In this document: piece after piece, positions 48,622 to 58,986 of the stretch | Position numbering within the stretch: the stretch's first letter is position 1 | Layout: each line of letters starts with the position of its first letter | From: Candidatus Enterousia sp. | GTDB taxonomy: Bacteria; Pseudomonadota; Alphaproteobacteria; Rs-D84 | Assembly: GCA_045646605.1 (NCBI GenBank) | Contig: JAZRLA010000015.1 | Location: forward strand, 137,054-201,053 | DNA length: 64,000 nucleotides | Reading direction: 5' to 3' | Made by a program: the position numbers and the translations under genes | Notes under the pieces: generated by a model | Databases searched by the model: none | What the model saw: only the letters and a program-made list of their open reading frames with translations | Told to the model about the DNA's origin: nothing

Positions 48622-48698
48622 GCGAGCGTAGCTCAGTTGGCTAGAGCGCAACCTTGCCAAGGTTGAGGTCGAGGGTTCGAGCCCCTTTGCTCGCACCA
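48622..48698 (+). tRNA. tRNA-Gly (GCC)
   Basis: Cloverleaf with anticodon loop TTGCCAA. CCA encoded. Confidence 0.9.
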
Positions 48699-49034
48699 AA
48701 GTTTTTTATTAGAAATCCGGACGTTTGCGCCGGATTTTTTGTTTTGTGTCGAAAAATACCGATGCAACGAACCCCTTATAAATCTAACATTTTTTGCTTT
48801 TGGCACACTTGAAAAATAAAGGATGAAAACCTATGTTTAAGAAGTGTAAAGCAAACTGTCAAGCAAACTGATAAAAGAGCAGGTAAAAAGCGGCGGAAAT
48901 CGCGGCGGAACAAAGTGGAGACGGCAAGCAAATATCTATGGGGTAATGCGTTTTATTAGACTATCGAATCGCCGTTTCAAGACGGTAAAAAGGGAAAACG
49001 AATTGTTTTACGCCCGCAATATCGTTCAAAATTC

Positions 49035-49562
49035 TTAATCTGGGTGATAAAGGTAAAATTTATCTTGTTGATGCGTGGTTTTACTCCATAATTCCCCAGA
49101 TTCCTTTTCTGACATATTTGAAAAATCGATTCTTTCTTTAAGGACAAATACTCTGATATTGCCATTTTTTATTTCTTGCATAATGTCAATTTCAATAATT
49201 CTTTTAATTTTCTTGTCTGCCAAGCAATAATAATCCGTACCAGTATCATGCATGAACCCGTCGGAATCCAATTCATATACATACGCTTTTTCTGGAATAT
49301 TTGGTTTGAGTCTTTCGACATATAACGCAGAACTGCCCACGGGGGATTTCCAACCACTGCCTATCAATCTCATGACGGCGTAAAGGCGCGCGTGTGCAAA
49401 ATCAGACGTTGCGAACACAGCGGTTATTTCCGTTTTCATATGATCTATATAGCCCGGTGACATCTGAATAAATCCGGTGTCTATTTTCACGCGAGAACCA
49501 TGATAAAGGATTTCTGGTAACTTATCATTCATGCGAATGAGTGTACCAAAAAATAATGACAA
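49035..49562 (-). CDS. hypothetical protein (island cargo)
   Basis: 175 aa. 'ILYHGSRV' N-terminal motif. No family assigned. Confidence 0.35.
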   Translation of the reverse strand: MSLFFGTLIRMNDKLPEILYHGSRVKIDTGFIQMSPGYIDHMKTEITAVFATSDFAHARLYAVMRLIGSGWKSPVGSSALYVERLKPNIPEKAYVYELDSDGFMHDTGTDYYCLADKKIKRIIEIDIMQEIKNGNIRVFVLKERIDFSNMSEKESGELWSKTTHQQDKFYLYHPD

Positions 49563-49596
49563 TTCAAGGAATTTATAGGGGCATAAATCTGGTTTT

Positions 49597-50190
49597 TTGT
49601 TGACAAATTCGTTTAATATAATATACTTTGGGCGACAAAAAGCAGAAAAAGGTAAAAATGTGACAAATAACGATAATCATGAAAAACAGGAAATACAATC
49701 CGATGACCCGATAATCCAAAAATGCTTGGATATTATTCGTAATGAAAAGACCATAGTCATAAAACCTTTTCAAAAACACGGCGACTTTTATGTAGCGTAT
49801 ATAAAAAATGGGGAACTTTTCAGCTTTGTTCCAGAATACAGCATATTGGGCAAAACGTGGAAACATACCATTAGAATAAATAATGATAAGCAACCAACCG
49901 TTTTTTATGGAAAGCGATCGTCAGATTTAATAGAATTGCATAAATTATGTGACGAAAAATATTTTAAAAGAAAAGAAGCCCAAAAAGAATGGAGGCGAAA
50001 ATATTATCCAATAATTTTAGCTTCTGCGCTTGGTGTCGGTATGCTCGTTTTTGGTTGGTCCAGAATTCATAAAAAAGATAATGTTGATAAACAGGTTGAA
50101 TCGTATGAAAAAACTTTACCGGGGTATTTGGAACAAAAACAGACGGTCGAACACTATCGCGACAGTTTAATGCACGCCAAAAGACGGTAA
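49597..50190 (+). CDS. hypothetical protein with C-terminal TM helix (island cargo)
   Basis: ORF with one predicted TM helix ('YPIILASALGVGMLVFGW'). Confidence 0.35.
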   Translation: MLTNSFNIIYFGRQKAEKGKNVTNNDNHEKQEIQSDDPIIQKCLDIIRNEKTIVIKPFQKHGDFYVAYIKNGELFSFVPEYSILGKTWKHTIRINNDKQPTVFYGKRSSDLIELHKLCDEKYFKRKEAQKEWRRKYYPIILASALGVGMLVFGWSRIHKKDNVDKQVESYEKTLPGYLEQKQTVEHYRDSLMHAKRR

Positions 50191-50209
50191 AGAAAGAAAA
50201 GCAATTTTT

Positions 50210-50371
50210 TTGCGACCATTTTCGGCACAATCAAAGAAATTAAAACTATCACGAAATACTAAAAAGATTAAAAACTGGTTAGATACAGGATTCACAAAAT
50301 ACCGCATTGCAAAAATGATGTCTGTATCACCATCAACTGTTTCGAACTTTATTCAACGGATGGGGGGGTGA
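50210..50371 (+). pseudogene. HTH-domain fragment, possibly a transposase or excisionase N-terminal remnant
   Basis: No ATG start (TTG at 50210). Encodes 'TGFTKYRIAKMMSVSPSTVSNFIQR', a typical IS/recombinase HTH. Ends in a G7 homopolymer. Confidence 0.3.
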
Positions 50372-50393
50372 TGCACCATATGGCGTTTTCGAT

Positions 50394-51419
50394 TTAATTT
50401 CTGCGGTTCAAGACACTGATAACAACTTGCTTTACCGTTTCCATCTCGGCGGGTTTGCTTTCTGCGATAAGCAAAGTCAATGCGAATAAGGTTGCGCCAT
50501 CAATCAGTGTTTGACCGTTTTCGTCATACAACATTTTGTTCCGGTCCAAGAAATACAGGAAACAACTGGCCCCTATGCGTTTGTTCCCGTCAACAAAACT
50601 GTGGTTTTTGACAATCAGGTAAAGTAATGTCGCGGCTTTTTCTTCCAACGATGGATAGAATTCTTTGCCGTCAAAGGTTTGATAAATCTGTCCCACAGAA
50701 CTGTAAAAACCTTGGTCTTTTTGCTTTGCGAAAACATCACTGGCAAAACTGCCCTTCATTTGGTCAACCACAGACAAAAATTCTTCAGCACCAATCACAA
50801 CCGCGTCGTTTTTGGTTCTGCCAGTTCGGTCCAGTGTTTTATGGTCAAAGTCGTCCAACAAATTTAACCCGCGCACAAAATCATTCAAAACGCGCGAAAT
50901 CTCTTGGACTTGGTCCATATTATCAGTTTGATTTTCAATGCTGCGCGTCATTAAATCCAAAGTTTTTTGCAAAGTCAGCAACTTTGATTTTTGTTCAGCG
51001 ATGACGCGTTGGTTTATAACATAACCCTGGACCAGGTAATCTTTCAGCGTTTTCGTTGCCCAGATACGGAATTGAGTCGCAGTTTTTGATTTTACCCGAT
51101 ATCCAACCGACAAAATCATGTCCAGGTTATAGAATTTTATATGACGGGTTATCTTGCGCTTGCCTTCTTGTTGAACTTGTGCAATTTTGGCACAAGTTGA
51201 ATTTTCTGCCAATTCTCCGTCTTTAATAATGTTTCGTATGTGCTTTACTATCGCCGTTCTGTCTGTATTAAACAATGCAGACATCTGGTCTTGGGTCAAC
51301 CAGACGGTATCGTCCTGAATCTTGACATCAATCCGTGTTTGACCATTTTCAGCGGTATAAATCGCAATTTGATTATTTATATCGTTCATATCAAATCCTT
51401 TGGTGGGATTATAACCCAA
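50394..51419 (-). CDS. RhuM-family N-terminal domain fused to a Fic/Doc-family domain
   Basis: N-terminus 'IAIYTAENGQTRIDVKIQDDTVWLTQDQMSALF' is RhuM-like. C-terminus 'HSFVDGNKRIGAS' matches the Doc/Fic motif HxFx(D)GNKR. Confidence 0.7.
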   Translation of the reverse strand: MGYNPTKGFDMNDINNQIAIYTAENGQTRIDVKIQDDTVWLTQDQMSALFNTDRTAIVKHIRNIIKDGELAENSTCAKIAQVQQEGKRKITRHIKFYNLDMILSVGYRVKSKTATQFRIWATKTLKDYLVQGYVINQRVIAEQKSKLLTLQKTLDLMTRSIENQTDNMDQVQEISRVLNDFVRGLNLLDDFDHKTLDRTGRTKNDAVVIGAEEFLSVVDQMKGSFASDVFAKQKDQGFYSSVGQIYQTFDGKEFYPSLEEKAATLLYLIVKNHSFVDGNKRIGASCFLYFLDRNKMLYDENGQTLIDGATLFALTLLIAESKPAEMETVKQVVISVLNRRN

Positions 51420-51600
51420 AACACCGAGTTGTGAAATAAAAAAATCGTGTACTTTTGCCGAAAATCGTGTTATTTTATAAAAGTGCCAAGCAAAGTGTCA
51501 GGCAAACTGATAAAAAACAGGTAAAAAGCGGCAAAAAGGGTTGAAAAAACGGCTAAAAAAAGTCAAATGCGTTCCCCTTTGCTCGCACCAGAAATTTTAA

Positions 51601-51626
51601 AAACCACCATTTGGTGGTTTTTTCTA
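51601..51626. terminator. terminator hairpin
   Basis: AAAACCACC-ATT-TGGTGGTTTTTT. Confidence 0.5.
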
Positions 51627-51681
51627 TTGATTTTATATTTTACTTTTTAATACACTGCCCCAGGAAGGAAAGGAGAAATTC

Positions 51682-52308
51682 ATGAAAAAATTCATCGGTA
51701 TTTTATTTGCGTTCGTTGCGCTTGTTGCGTGCACTGTTAAACTAAGCGCGATATTAAATGTTTCTGATATTCTATCGGACCAGAACAAGGCGTTGATGGT
51801 AGATGTTCGTATCTTGGTTATGAATTGCGATGAAGATTCAATTGCGGAAATCCAAACCGCGTTTGAAAAACGAAAAATTTCTGCGCGATTCAACAAGTGC
51901 GGTTCCGAAGATATGTTTAATGAATACGCGGGTTTTTCTCTGCCGATCGCAATAGTTCATGATTTATCTAAACCGATCCCGGTTGAAAATGGAATATATT
52001 TCTATGTAGCGGATGATACATTGTCGCTAAGGACATCTGATAATTTTGCATCAATGTTGGCTTCGGATTCTGATTTTGACGATGGTATTGAAATTTCATC
52101 GATTGAATTTTCACTAACGAACGATGGCATGTCGGATTTTGTTATAAAGCCGTGGTTGGTGTTTGTTGATGAACGCCCTGTGTTTGATAGTGAAATTACG
52201 ATTCCTTCGTTTAGCAAGGTTTCAATAAAATTGCCAGATGTCGCGAATAAATTGCTAGAAAAATCGAATGCCGAATATCCGATATTCAGGTTCATGCGTA
52301 ACAATTAA
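51682..52308 (+). CDS. hypothetical lipoprotein
   Basis: Signal peptide with 'LVAC' lipobox. Confidence 0.4.
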   Translation: MKKFIGILFAFVALVACTVKLSAILNVSDILSDQNKALMVDVRILVMNCDEDSIAEIQTAFEKRKISARFNKCGSEDMFNEYAGFSLPIAIVHDLSKPIPVENGIYFYVADDTLSLRTSDNFASMLASDSDFDDGIEISSIEFSLTNDGMSDFVIKPWLVFVDERPVFDSEITIPSFSKVSIKLPDVANKLLEKSNAEYPIFRFMRNN

Positions 52309-52356
52309 CAAAATATAGAAACGCCGGTTTGTCCGGCGTTTTACTACGATAATAAC

Positions 52357-54432
52357 CTATGCCAATGCGCCGACGGACATCGTGATACGACGAATTCCAC
52401 TGCTGATGGATTTTTCCTTGTTTATTTTTGCGCGGATAATTTCGCCGGTGTGGTTAACATGTGTCCCACCACACAGTTCACACGATACATCGCCCGCCGT
52501 TATTACGCGCACGACATCACCATACTTTTCACCAAACAGTGCCATCGCACCGCGTTTTTTTGCTTCGTCAATTGGCATTTCTTCGTGTTTAACGGGCATA
52601 TCCGCCACAATCCATTTGTTCACCAAATCTTCAACCGCCGTCTTTTCTTCCGCGGTCATTGCGCGACCAAACGAAAAGTCAAATCGCACGGAATCCGGTG
52701 CAACCTTTGATCCACGTTGTTCCACATCGGTATTCAAAACTTGTCGCAATGCCGCTTGCAACAAATGCGTCGCGGTATGTGCACGTGCCGTTTGCGTGCG
52801 AACATCCGCATTTACAACCGGCGTTACCGTGTCGCCAACCGAAATTTTTCCAACAACCGTTCCGCGATGCAAAACAACATTATTTGCACGCGTGGCATCC
52901 GTTACATCCAAAACGACATTATCGCCAATTTTCAATTTACCACTGTCGCCGACCTGGCCACCCTGGGTACCATAGAAATTTGTTTTATCCAATGCAACCT
53001 CTACCACATCGCCATCGGTCGCACTATCCACGAATTCTTCGCCATGCAATATCGCCAAAACGCGCGATTGCATATCGGCATTTGGCGCATACTTTGTCGT
53101 GTCATCCGTCGCCGTCACATCACCGCGTGATTCCCACAGCAATTTTGTCCCGCGTGTGTCGGCGCGACTGCGTTCCTTTTGCGCCGCCATCTCCGATTCA
53201 AATCCGGCGACATCAACATCGATGCCGCGTTCCCGCAAAATCATTTGTGTTAAATCAAGCGGAAATCCATATGTATCAAATAACTTAAACGCGACCGCGC
53301 CCGGCAATGTTTTCCCGGAAAGTTTCGGCAATTCATTGTCCAACAACTTCATACCATTATTCAACATATCGGCAAAGGCGTTTTCTTCGTTTGTTATAAT
53401 TTCAACAACGTGCGCCTGATTTTTGGCAAGTTCTGGATATGTCGCGCCCATTTGTTCCACCAATGCCGGATAAAGTTTCGATAGCAACGCCCCCGAATGC
53501 CCAAGCAATTGACCATGGCGCATCGCACGACGCAAAATACGGCGAATCACATAACCACGGTCGGTATTCGACGGGATAACACCATCGGCAATCGCAAAAC
53601 CAACAGAACGCAAATGGTCGGTAATAACCTTGAAACTGGTTTTGTTTGCGTCCGTCTCTTTGACGCCCGTCACGTCACTCACCGCGCGTTTAAGGTTTAC
53701 GAACAAATCGGTGTCATAGTTATCAAATTTCCCCTGAAGCATCGCGGCCCAGCGTTCCAACCCCGCGCCCGTATCAACATTTTGCTTTGGCAGGTTAGTT
53801 AAATTCCCATTTGCATCGCGGTCATATTGCATAAACACATCGTTCCAGATTTCGACAAAACGCCCGCCGTCTTCGTCCGGCGTCCCCGGCAGTCCCCCCG
53901 GAATATCCGCGCCAAAGTCATAGAATATTTCAGTGCACGGGCCACATGGACCGGTATCGCCCGCCGACCACCAGTTATCTTTGTCCAAACGAATTGCATC
54001 TTTGTTTGCGACGCGTCGCCAAATTGCGGTTGCTTCGTCATCGGAAATATGTGTTGTTACGACAAGGCGCGCTGGGTCCAATCCAATAACGCGCGTCAAT
54101 AAATCCCATGACATTTCGATTGCGCCCTCTTTGAAATAATCGCCAAACGACCAATTCCCCATCATTTCAAAGAATGTATGATGCCGCCCGTCAAAACCGA
54201 CATCTTCCAAATCATTATGTTTGCCCCCCGCACGAATACACTTTTGCACATCGGCCACACGTGGTGCCGGTGCGGGTTCAAGCCCCTGTAATATCCCCTT
54301 CCACGGAACCATGCCCGCCACAGTGAATAACAGTGTCGGGTCATTCGGTATAAGTGACGCAGACGGCACAATTTTATGCCCGTGCGATTCAAAATAATTT
54401 AAAAAAACTTTTCTAATTTCATCGTATGTCAT
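52357..54432 (-). CDS. alaS: alanine--tRNA ligase (short form, 691 aa)
   Basis: Class II catalytic core, tRNA-binding and editing domains ('HTATHLL...', 'CGGTH'). Lacks the usual C-terminal extension. Confidence 0.85.
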   Translation of the reverse strand: MTYDEIRKVFLNYFESHGHKIVPSASLIPNDPTLLFTVAGMVPWKGILQGLEPAPAPRVADVQKCIRAGGKHNDLEDVGFDGRHHTFFEMMGNWSFGDYFKEGAIEMSWDLLTRVIGLDPARLVVTTHISDDEATAIWRRVANKDAIRLDKDNWWSAGDTGPCGPCTEIFYDFGADIPGGLPGTPDEDGGRFVEIWNDVFMQYDRDANGNLTNLPKQNVDTGAGLERWAAMLQGKFDNYDTDLFVNLKRAVSDVTGVKETDANKTSFKVITDHLRSVGFAIADGVIPSNTDRGYVIRRILRRAMRHGQLLGHSGALLSKLYPALVEQMGATYPELAKNQAHVVEIITNEENAFADMLNNGMKLLDNELPKLSGKTLPGAVAFKLFDTYGFPLDLTQMILRERGIDVDVAGFESEMAAQKERSRADTRGTKLLWESRGDVTATDDTTKYAPNADMQSRVLAILHGEEFVDSATDGDVVEVALDKTNFYGTQGGQVGDSGKLKIGDNVVLDVTDATRANNVVLHRGTVVGKISVGDTVTPVVNADVRTQTARAHTATHLLQAALRQVLNTDVEQRGSKVAPDSVRFDFSFGRAMTAEEKTAVEDLVNKWIVADMPVKHEEMPIDEAKKRGAMALFGEKYGDVVRVITAGDVSCELCGGTHVNHTGEIIRAKINKEKSISSGIRRITMSVGALA

Positions 54433-54468
54433 GGTGATTCCCTTTTTGTCATGGCAAATTATAGAACA

Positions 54469-55278
54469 TTATTGCGCGTCCGCAACCATATTTTGCATCG
54501 CGGCGCGTTCAAACATTTCGGTAAATTTTTTGATAACATTTGAATTAAAGGTTTTCGCGGATGTTGCCGGCACCGCACGCATGCCATACTTTTGCGCCGC
54601 ATGCCCAAGTTTTATGGAAACATAATTTGTTTGATTCATATAAATTGCGGACATTTCCGGATGCGCCGCGCGCATAAATGTCTTTAACCCCGCCCACATT
54701 ACCGCGCCCGCCGGCACGCGATATTTGAACCCGTGCGCGATTTTTGCAATTTCCGGCAGATTCACACGCATAAAGTGTGCAAATTCAATCGCCACATCCC
54801 GCCGAATAAGTGTTCCGGTAATATCAAAGTGCGCGCCCGTCTTGCCATATTCCGAACCGGCCGTCCATTTTGGTGTTATCTTGAAAATGTCGGTTATGTT
54901 ATCCGAAATCGTTGTCGCATTTTGAACAACCGCAAAGGTTGATTCCGAAACATTCGGTATATTAACATCAATCAGTGCATCGTCGTCATCAACAAATACA
55001 ATCCAATCACACGGAATTTTTTCTTTATCGATATATTTCAAAACCGCGATTCGTGATTCAAATTCACCGAGATTGTTTTCTTCGTTTATAATATGCAACG
55101 CGCCGCGCCACCCAAGTTTATGAATAAATTGTTTTGTAACCAATGTGTCGGGATTGTCATTGTGCACAATTAAAATTGCGTCACGCGCACACCGTCGCAC
55201 CGCAGGCACAGACAAATGCAACGCATCAATATCATACGTGGTTATTGCAATAACGATGTCTGATTTCCGTGTGAACAT
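54469..55278 (-). CDS. putative glycosyltransferase (GT2-like)
   Basis: 'IVIAITTYD...' N-terminus and 'IVFVDDDDAL' DxD-type motif. Confidence 0.4.
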   Translation of the reverse strand: MFTRKSDIVIAITTYDIDALHLSVPAVRRCARDAILIVHNDNPDTLVTKQFIHKLGWRGALHIINEENNLGEFESRIAVLKYIDKEKIPCDWIVFVDDDDALIDVNIPNVSESTFAVVQNATTISDNITDIFKITPKWTAGSEYGKTGAHFDITGTLIRRDVAIEFAHFMRVNLPEIAKIAHGFKYRVPAGAVMWAGLKTFMRAAHPEMSAIYMNQTNYVSIKLGHAAQKYGMRAVPATSAKTFNSNVIKKFTEMFERAAMQNMVADAQ

Positions 55279-55362
55279 AGTTAAAGTGTAAATAAAACTT
55301 TCTAAAATTGCAATTGGTTAGTTTTTTGTGGTATAATAAGATATCAAAAGGAATTTTCGCAC

Positions 55363-55842
55363 ATGAAAAAGTCAATGATATCGGTCATCACTTTTTTAAC
55401 CGCCATTGTTTTGATGGCGACGTTTGATTTGTCGTTGGGCCCCGACACGGTAATAAATGTCCCGGAAAGTATGCGTGGACGCGCCTTGTTCGTGTGTCCT
55501 GCGGAAAGTGATTTGTGGAATTCGCTTGCCACCGGATTTGGACATTTTTATAAATATATAACAATTGGATTTTTCTTTGCGATGATTATATTGGTGTTCG
55601 TTTGGGGATGGTCTTTGTATCAAAATTTGTTAAAAGATTCTTTTAAAAAAGAAGATTTTTCGAAACCTTGGGCGTTTACCAAGTTGCTTTTTTGGGCGGG
55701 CGTGATATTAATCCTTATATTCAATACACCAAATAAATATCGCGAAGTTAGCATTACAAATAAACCGGGAAACTGGGTTTTGTGCGAAAATTCATCGACC
55801 GGCGCCCAGGCGATAAACAGTAATCTTGTCAAAGCAAAATAA
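55363..55842 (+). CDS. hypothetical membrane protein
   Basis: Three predicted TM helices. Confidence 0.35.
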   Translation: MKKSMISVITFLTAIVLMATFDLSLGPDTVINVPESMRGRALFVCPAESDLWNSLATGFGHFYKYITIGFFFAMIILVFVWGWSLYQNLLKDSFKKEDFSKPWAFTKLLFWAGVILILIFNTPNKYREVSITNKPGNWVLCENSSTGAQAINSNLVKAK

Positions 55843-56056
55843 TTATCATAATAAAAAATACGCGCGTTTATAAATACATCTTGACTTGGATGCCGGAATT
55901 CTCTACGATTCGGTTAGGCGTTTCGGGCAATGCCCTTGAAAATTGCTTGGTTGCATTTTTGCATATCTTGTAACTGGCACGAATGTAACGATTTTCATGG
56001 GCATTGCCAAATGAAGCGTTGGACACCTTAAATAAATTTATGAAAGGAGAAAACAA

Positions 56057-56329
56057 ATGAACAAACAACAATTAATTGAAGCAATCGCAAACGAAGTTGA
56101 CATTACCAAGGCAACAGCTGCGGCGTGTCTTGATGCGTTTATTAACACTGTCACAAAAGTTCTGAAAAAGAAAGGTGACGTTCGTTTGGTCGGTTTTGGA
56201 ACATTCACAACCGCAAAACGCAAGGCCACAACCGGCCGCAACCCACAAACGGGTGCCGCTATCAAAATTCCGGCTTCTACTCAGCCGAAATTTAAACCTG
56301 GCAAGGCCTTAAAGGATGCTTTGAATTAA
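56057..56329 (+). CDS. hup: DNA-binding protein HU
   Basis: 'MNKQQLIEAIANEVDITKATAAA...GFGTF...RNPQTG' is classic HU. Confidence 0.8.
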   Translation: MNKQQLIEAIANEVDITKATAAACLDAFINTVTKVLKKKGDVRLVGFGTFTTAKRKATTGRNPQTGAAIKIPASTQPKFKPGKALKDALN

Positions 56330-56458
56330 ACAATTGTTTGATTTATTGCGCACCCCGCAATCGCGGGGTGTTTTTTGTCGTATGGTTACTATTTCCCTTG
56401 TATTTGTTATAAAAAAACTGTATTATCTTTGCTGAATTTTTAACAAAGGATTTTATAA

Positions 56459-58285
56459 ATGGTAAAGTTACACGAATACATTGACCCAGATCTTGAATTG
56501 GATGCCGAAAACGAAGATAATTTATCTGTGCATGTTTCAAGTGAAAAAAATACTAAAAAGAAAAAAGATACGCGCACCGCGAATGCAGATGATGAAAAAG
56601 TATATTTTATGGCGCTTGGTGGGTTGGAACATGTCGGGCAAAATATGTACCTGTATAAATACAGGGATAAATTTATTGTTGTTGATTGTGGTATGGGATT
56701 CTTGGAGGAGGAAATCGGTGCCGGCGATGTGCAATATTGTGATACCAAATGGCTTGAGAAACGTAAAAAAGATGTTGTCGCTTTTGTTATCACACATGGC
56801 CACGAAGATCATATTGGTGCGTTGAAATACATTTGGCCAAAGTTCCGTAAACCGATTTATTGCACGCGTTTTCCGGCGGAAATTTTGCGTCAAACTTTTC
56901 GCGGTATTGAATTGGATTTTGACCCAAAGCGTGACATCGTTGAATTTGATGCGGCGGGCGCAACATTAAAACTTGATCCGTTTGAAATTGAAACTTTCCA
57001 CGTAAGCCATTCGGTCCCAGAGGCACAGATGTTAATTATCAAAACCGGTGCGGGAAAAATTTTGCATACTGGTGATTGGACATTTAATGACGATAACCCA
57101 ATTGAACCTGGAACAAATTATGAACGTTTGCGTGAAATTGGTTCGGACCCGCGGCTTATCGCGTGCGCGTGTGATTCAACATCTGTGTCGCGTCAAAATC
57201 CGCAAACAACGGAAATTCAGGTTCGTGATACATTAACACAAATTATGCGTGATGCACCGGGCCGCGTTATTGTTACGGGGTATTCACGCAGTATTGCACG
57301 TCTTAAAATGTTTGCCGAAGCGGCACGCGCAACGGGCCGTATGGCGGCGATAAAGGAACGCAGCAATCCAAATCCGGTACCGTACGTTGGATTGCCGGAA
57401 TTCCGCGAAATGGGAATCGATTTTAAATACTTAAATGAAAACGATATTCTTCAGTTTTCGGAAATCAAAGATTTGCCGGCGGAAAAACAGGCAATATTCC
57501 TAACGGGGTCCCAGGGCGAAAAATACGCAATGCTTACGCGTCTTTGCCGGGGCCAGGTAAAGGAAATGAAACTTATGCCGACGGACACGGTCGTGTTCAG
57601 TGCGATTATTATTCCGGGCCGCGAACAAGATGTTTCTTTCCTGTATAATAAACTTGCCAAGATGGGAATCCACACTCACACAATTTACGATACCGACCAT
57701 GTGCATGCCAGTGGCCACGCCGGTCGACCGGAACTTGAACGATTCTATGACATGGTTCATCCCCAGGTTTCAATACCGATGCACGGTGATTACATAAATG
57801 AAATGCTGAACGGAAAAATGGCGATGGAACGTGGTGGCGCAAAGCACATGATGCTGGTGCGGAATGGTGAAATGATTGCATTGGGTGATGGGGCGGAACC
57901 ATACGTGTGTGAAACGATTGAAACAGGATATGTTGTTATGGAGGGCGAAACCGAACGCAGTGCCAATGACCCGGTTTACAAAAATCGCAAGAAAATTGCA
58001 TCGAACGGCGCGATATTTGTAACGTTACCGGTTGATAAACGTGGGTATTTAAAAGGCACCCCAGAGGTTTCCAGTGCGGGTATTTTTGAATCTGATACAA
58101 CCGGATTTATGAAACGACAAATTCAAATTGAAATCACCAAGGCGATTGATGAATTGTCCAAGGCCGAACGTAAATCCCAAGATAACTTGGTCCGTGCGGT
58201 GCAAACGGCGGCGAACAAGGTTGTGCGCGGTGCGCTGGGTGCGGATAAAAAACCACAATACAGCGTACACTTTGTGCAGAAGTAG
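56459..58285 (+). CDS. rnj: ribonuclease J
   Basis: Metallo-beta-lactamase motif 'ITHGHEDHIGAL', beta-CASP domain. Lys-rich N-terminal extension. Confidence 0.8.
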   Translation: MVKLHEYIDPDLELDAENEDNLSVHVSSEKNTKKKKDTRTANADDEKVYFMALGGLEHVGQNMYLYKYRDKFIVVDCGMGFLEEEIGAGDVQYCDTKWLEKRKKDVVAFVITHGHEDHIGALKYIWPKFRKPIYCTRFPAEILRQTFRGIELDFDPKRDIVEFDAAGATLKLDPFEIETFHVSHSVPEAQMLIIKTGAGKILHTGDWTFNDDNPIEPGTNYERLREIGSDPRLIACACDSTSVSRQNPQTTEIQVRDTLTQIMRDAPGRVIVTGYSRSIARLKMFAEAARATGRMAAIKERSNPNPVPYVGLPEFREMGIDFKYLNENDILQFSEIKDLPAEKQAIFLTGSQGEKYAMLTRLCRGQVKEMKLMPTDTVVFSAIIIPGREQDVSFLYNKLAKMGIHTHTIYDTDHVHASGHAGRPELERFYDMVHPQVSIPMHGDYINEMLNGKMAMERGGAKHMMLVRNGEMIALGDGAEPYVCETIETGYVVMEGETERSANDPVYKNRKKIASNGAIFVTLPVDKRGYLKGTPEVSSAGIFESDTTGFMKRQIQIEITKAIDELSKAERKSQDNLVRAVQTAANKVVRGALGADKKPQYSVHFVQK

Positions 58286-58432
58286 TGGATAGTGGCTAGT
58301 GTAAGTGGGTAGTGTAAGTGAACCACACCCCGGCCTTCGGCCACCCCTCTCTAGAGGGGAACTTTATATTCTGGAATAAATTCGCAATTACAAACTAATT
58401 CCAGAACTCACTAACCACTAACACTAATCACT
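58286..58432. repeat. palindromic repeat element A with embedded element B
   Basis: Contains the A arms and core. B copy at 58322-58364 (ACCACACCCCGGCCTTCGGCCACCCCTCTCTAGAGGGGAACTT). Confidence 0.7.
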
Positions 58433-58494
58433 TTTCTCTGGACATTGAAATTTAATTTCTATACAATAAACACGCAAAACAAAAAGGAAGGAAA

Positions 58495-58914
58495 ATGCAA
58501 AAAAAATCATCTGTTAAAAGAACAACAAAACGCACGGTAAAACGTCCGGCCATGGCCGAAATTCCGGCACCGGAAATGCACGAATGCAAATGTGGCACAT
58601 CGTGTGGGTGCGGTTGTCATTGCGGTAAGTTTAAAAAATTTATCGTGTTGTTAATCGTGTTTGCCCTGGGGTTCGCGGTTGCAAAGTTAACATGCTGTCG
58701 TGGCCATCATCACATGCCGAAAATGGAACCAAAGTTTGAAAATGGTTGCCTTGTTATGGATTCAATCAAATGTCCAAAAAAGCAATCAGAGTTGGTTTTT
58801 GCCGATACGGATATGGATGGTTGTATTTCGCGTGTTGAATTTGATTCGGTAAAAAAATCTATGCACAAAAAAATGCGTGAACATCGCAGACACGACGAAC
58901 GTAAAGACGATTAA
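58495..58914 (+). CDS. small membrane protein with metallothionein-like Cys cluster and EF-hand-like loop
   Basis: 'CKCGTSCGCGCHCGK', then a TM helix. 'DTDMDGCISRVE' matches the EF-hand loop pattern DxDxDGxIxxxE. Confidence 0.45.
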   Translation: MQKKSSVKRTTKRTVKRPAMAEIPAPEMHECKCGTSCGCGCHCGKFKKFIVLLIVFALGFAVAKLTCCRGHHHMPKMEPKFENGCLVMDSIKCPKKQSELVFADTDMDGCISRVEFDSVKKSMHKKMREHRRHDERKDD

Positions 58915-58986
58915 ATAAAGCTTTATAAAGAAGAACGCCCAAATTATTGGGCGTTTTTTGATTCGTAAATTTTATAACTTTTCACA

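Larger units (their letters stand above)
48699..51590. mobile_element. integrase-less genomic islet at tRNA-Gly, about 2.9 kb
   Basis: A 17-bp copy of the tRNA 3' end (CCCCTTTGCTCGCACCA) at 51574-51590 bounds the segment. Cargo includes a RhuM/Fic-Doc gene and an HTH fragment. Confidence 0.55.
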
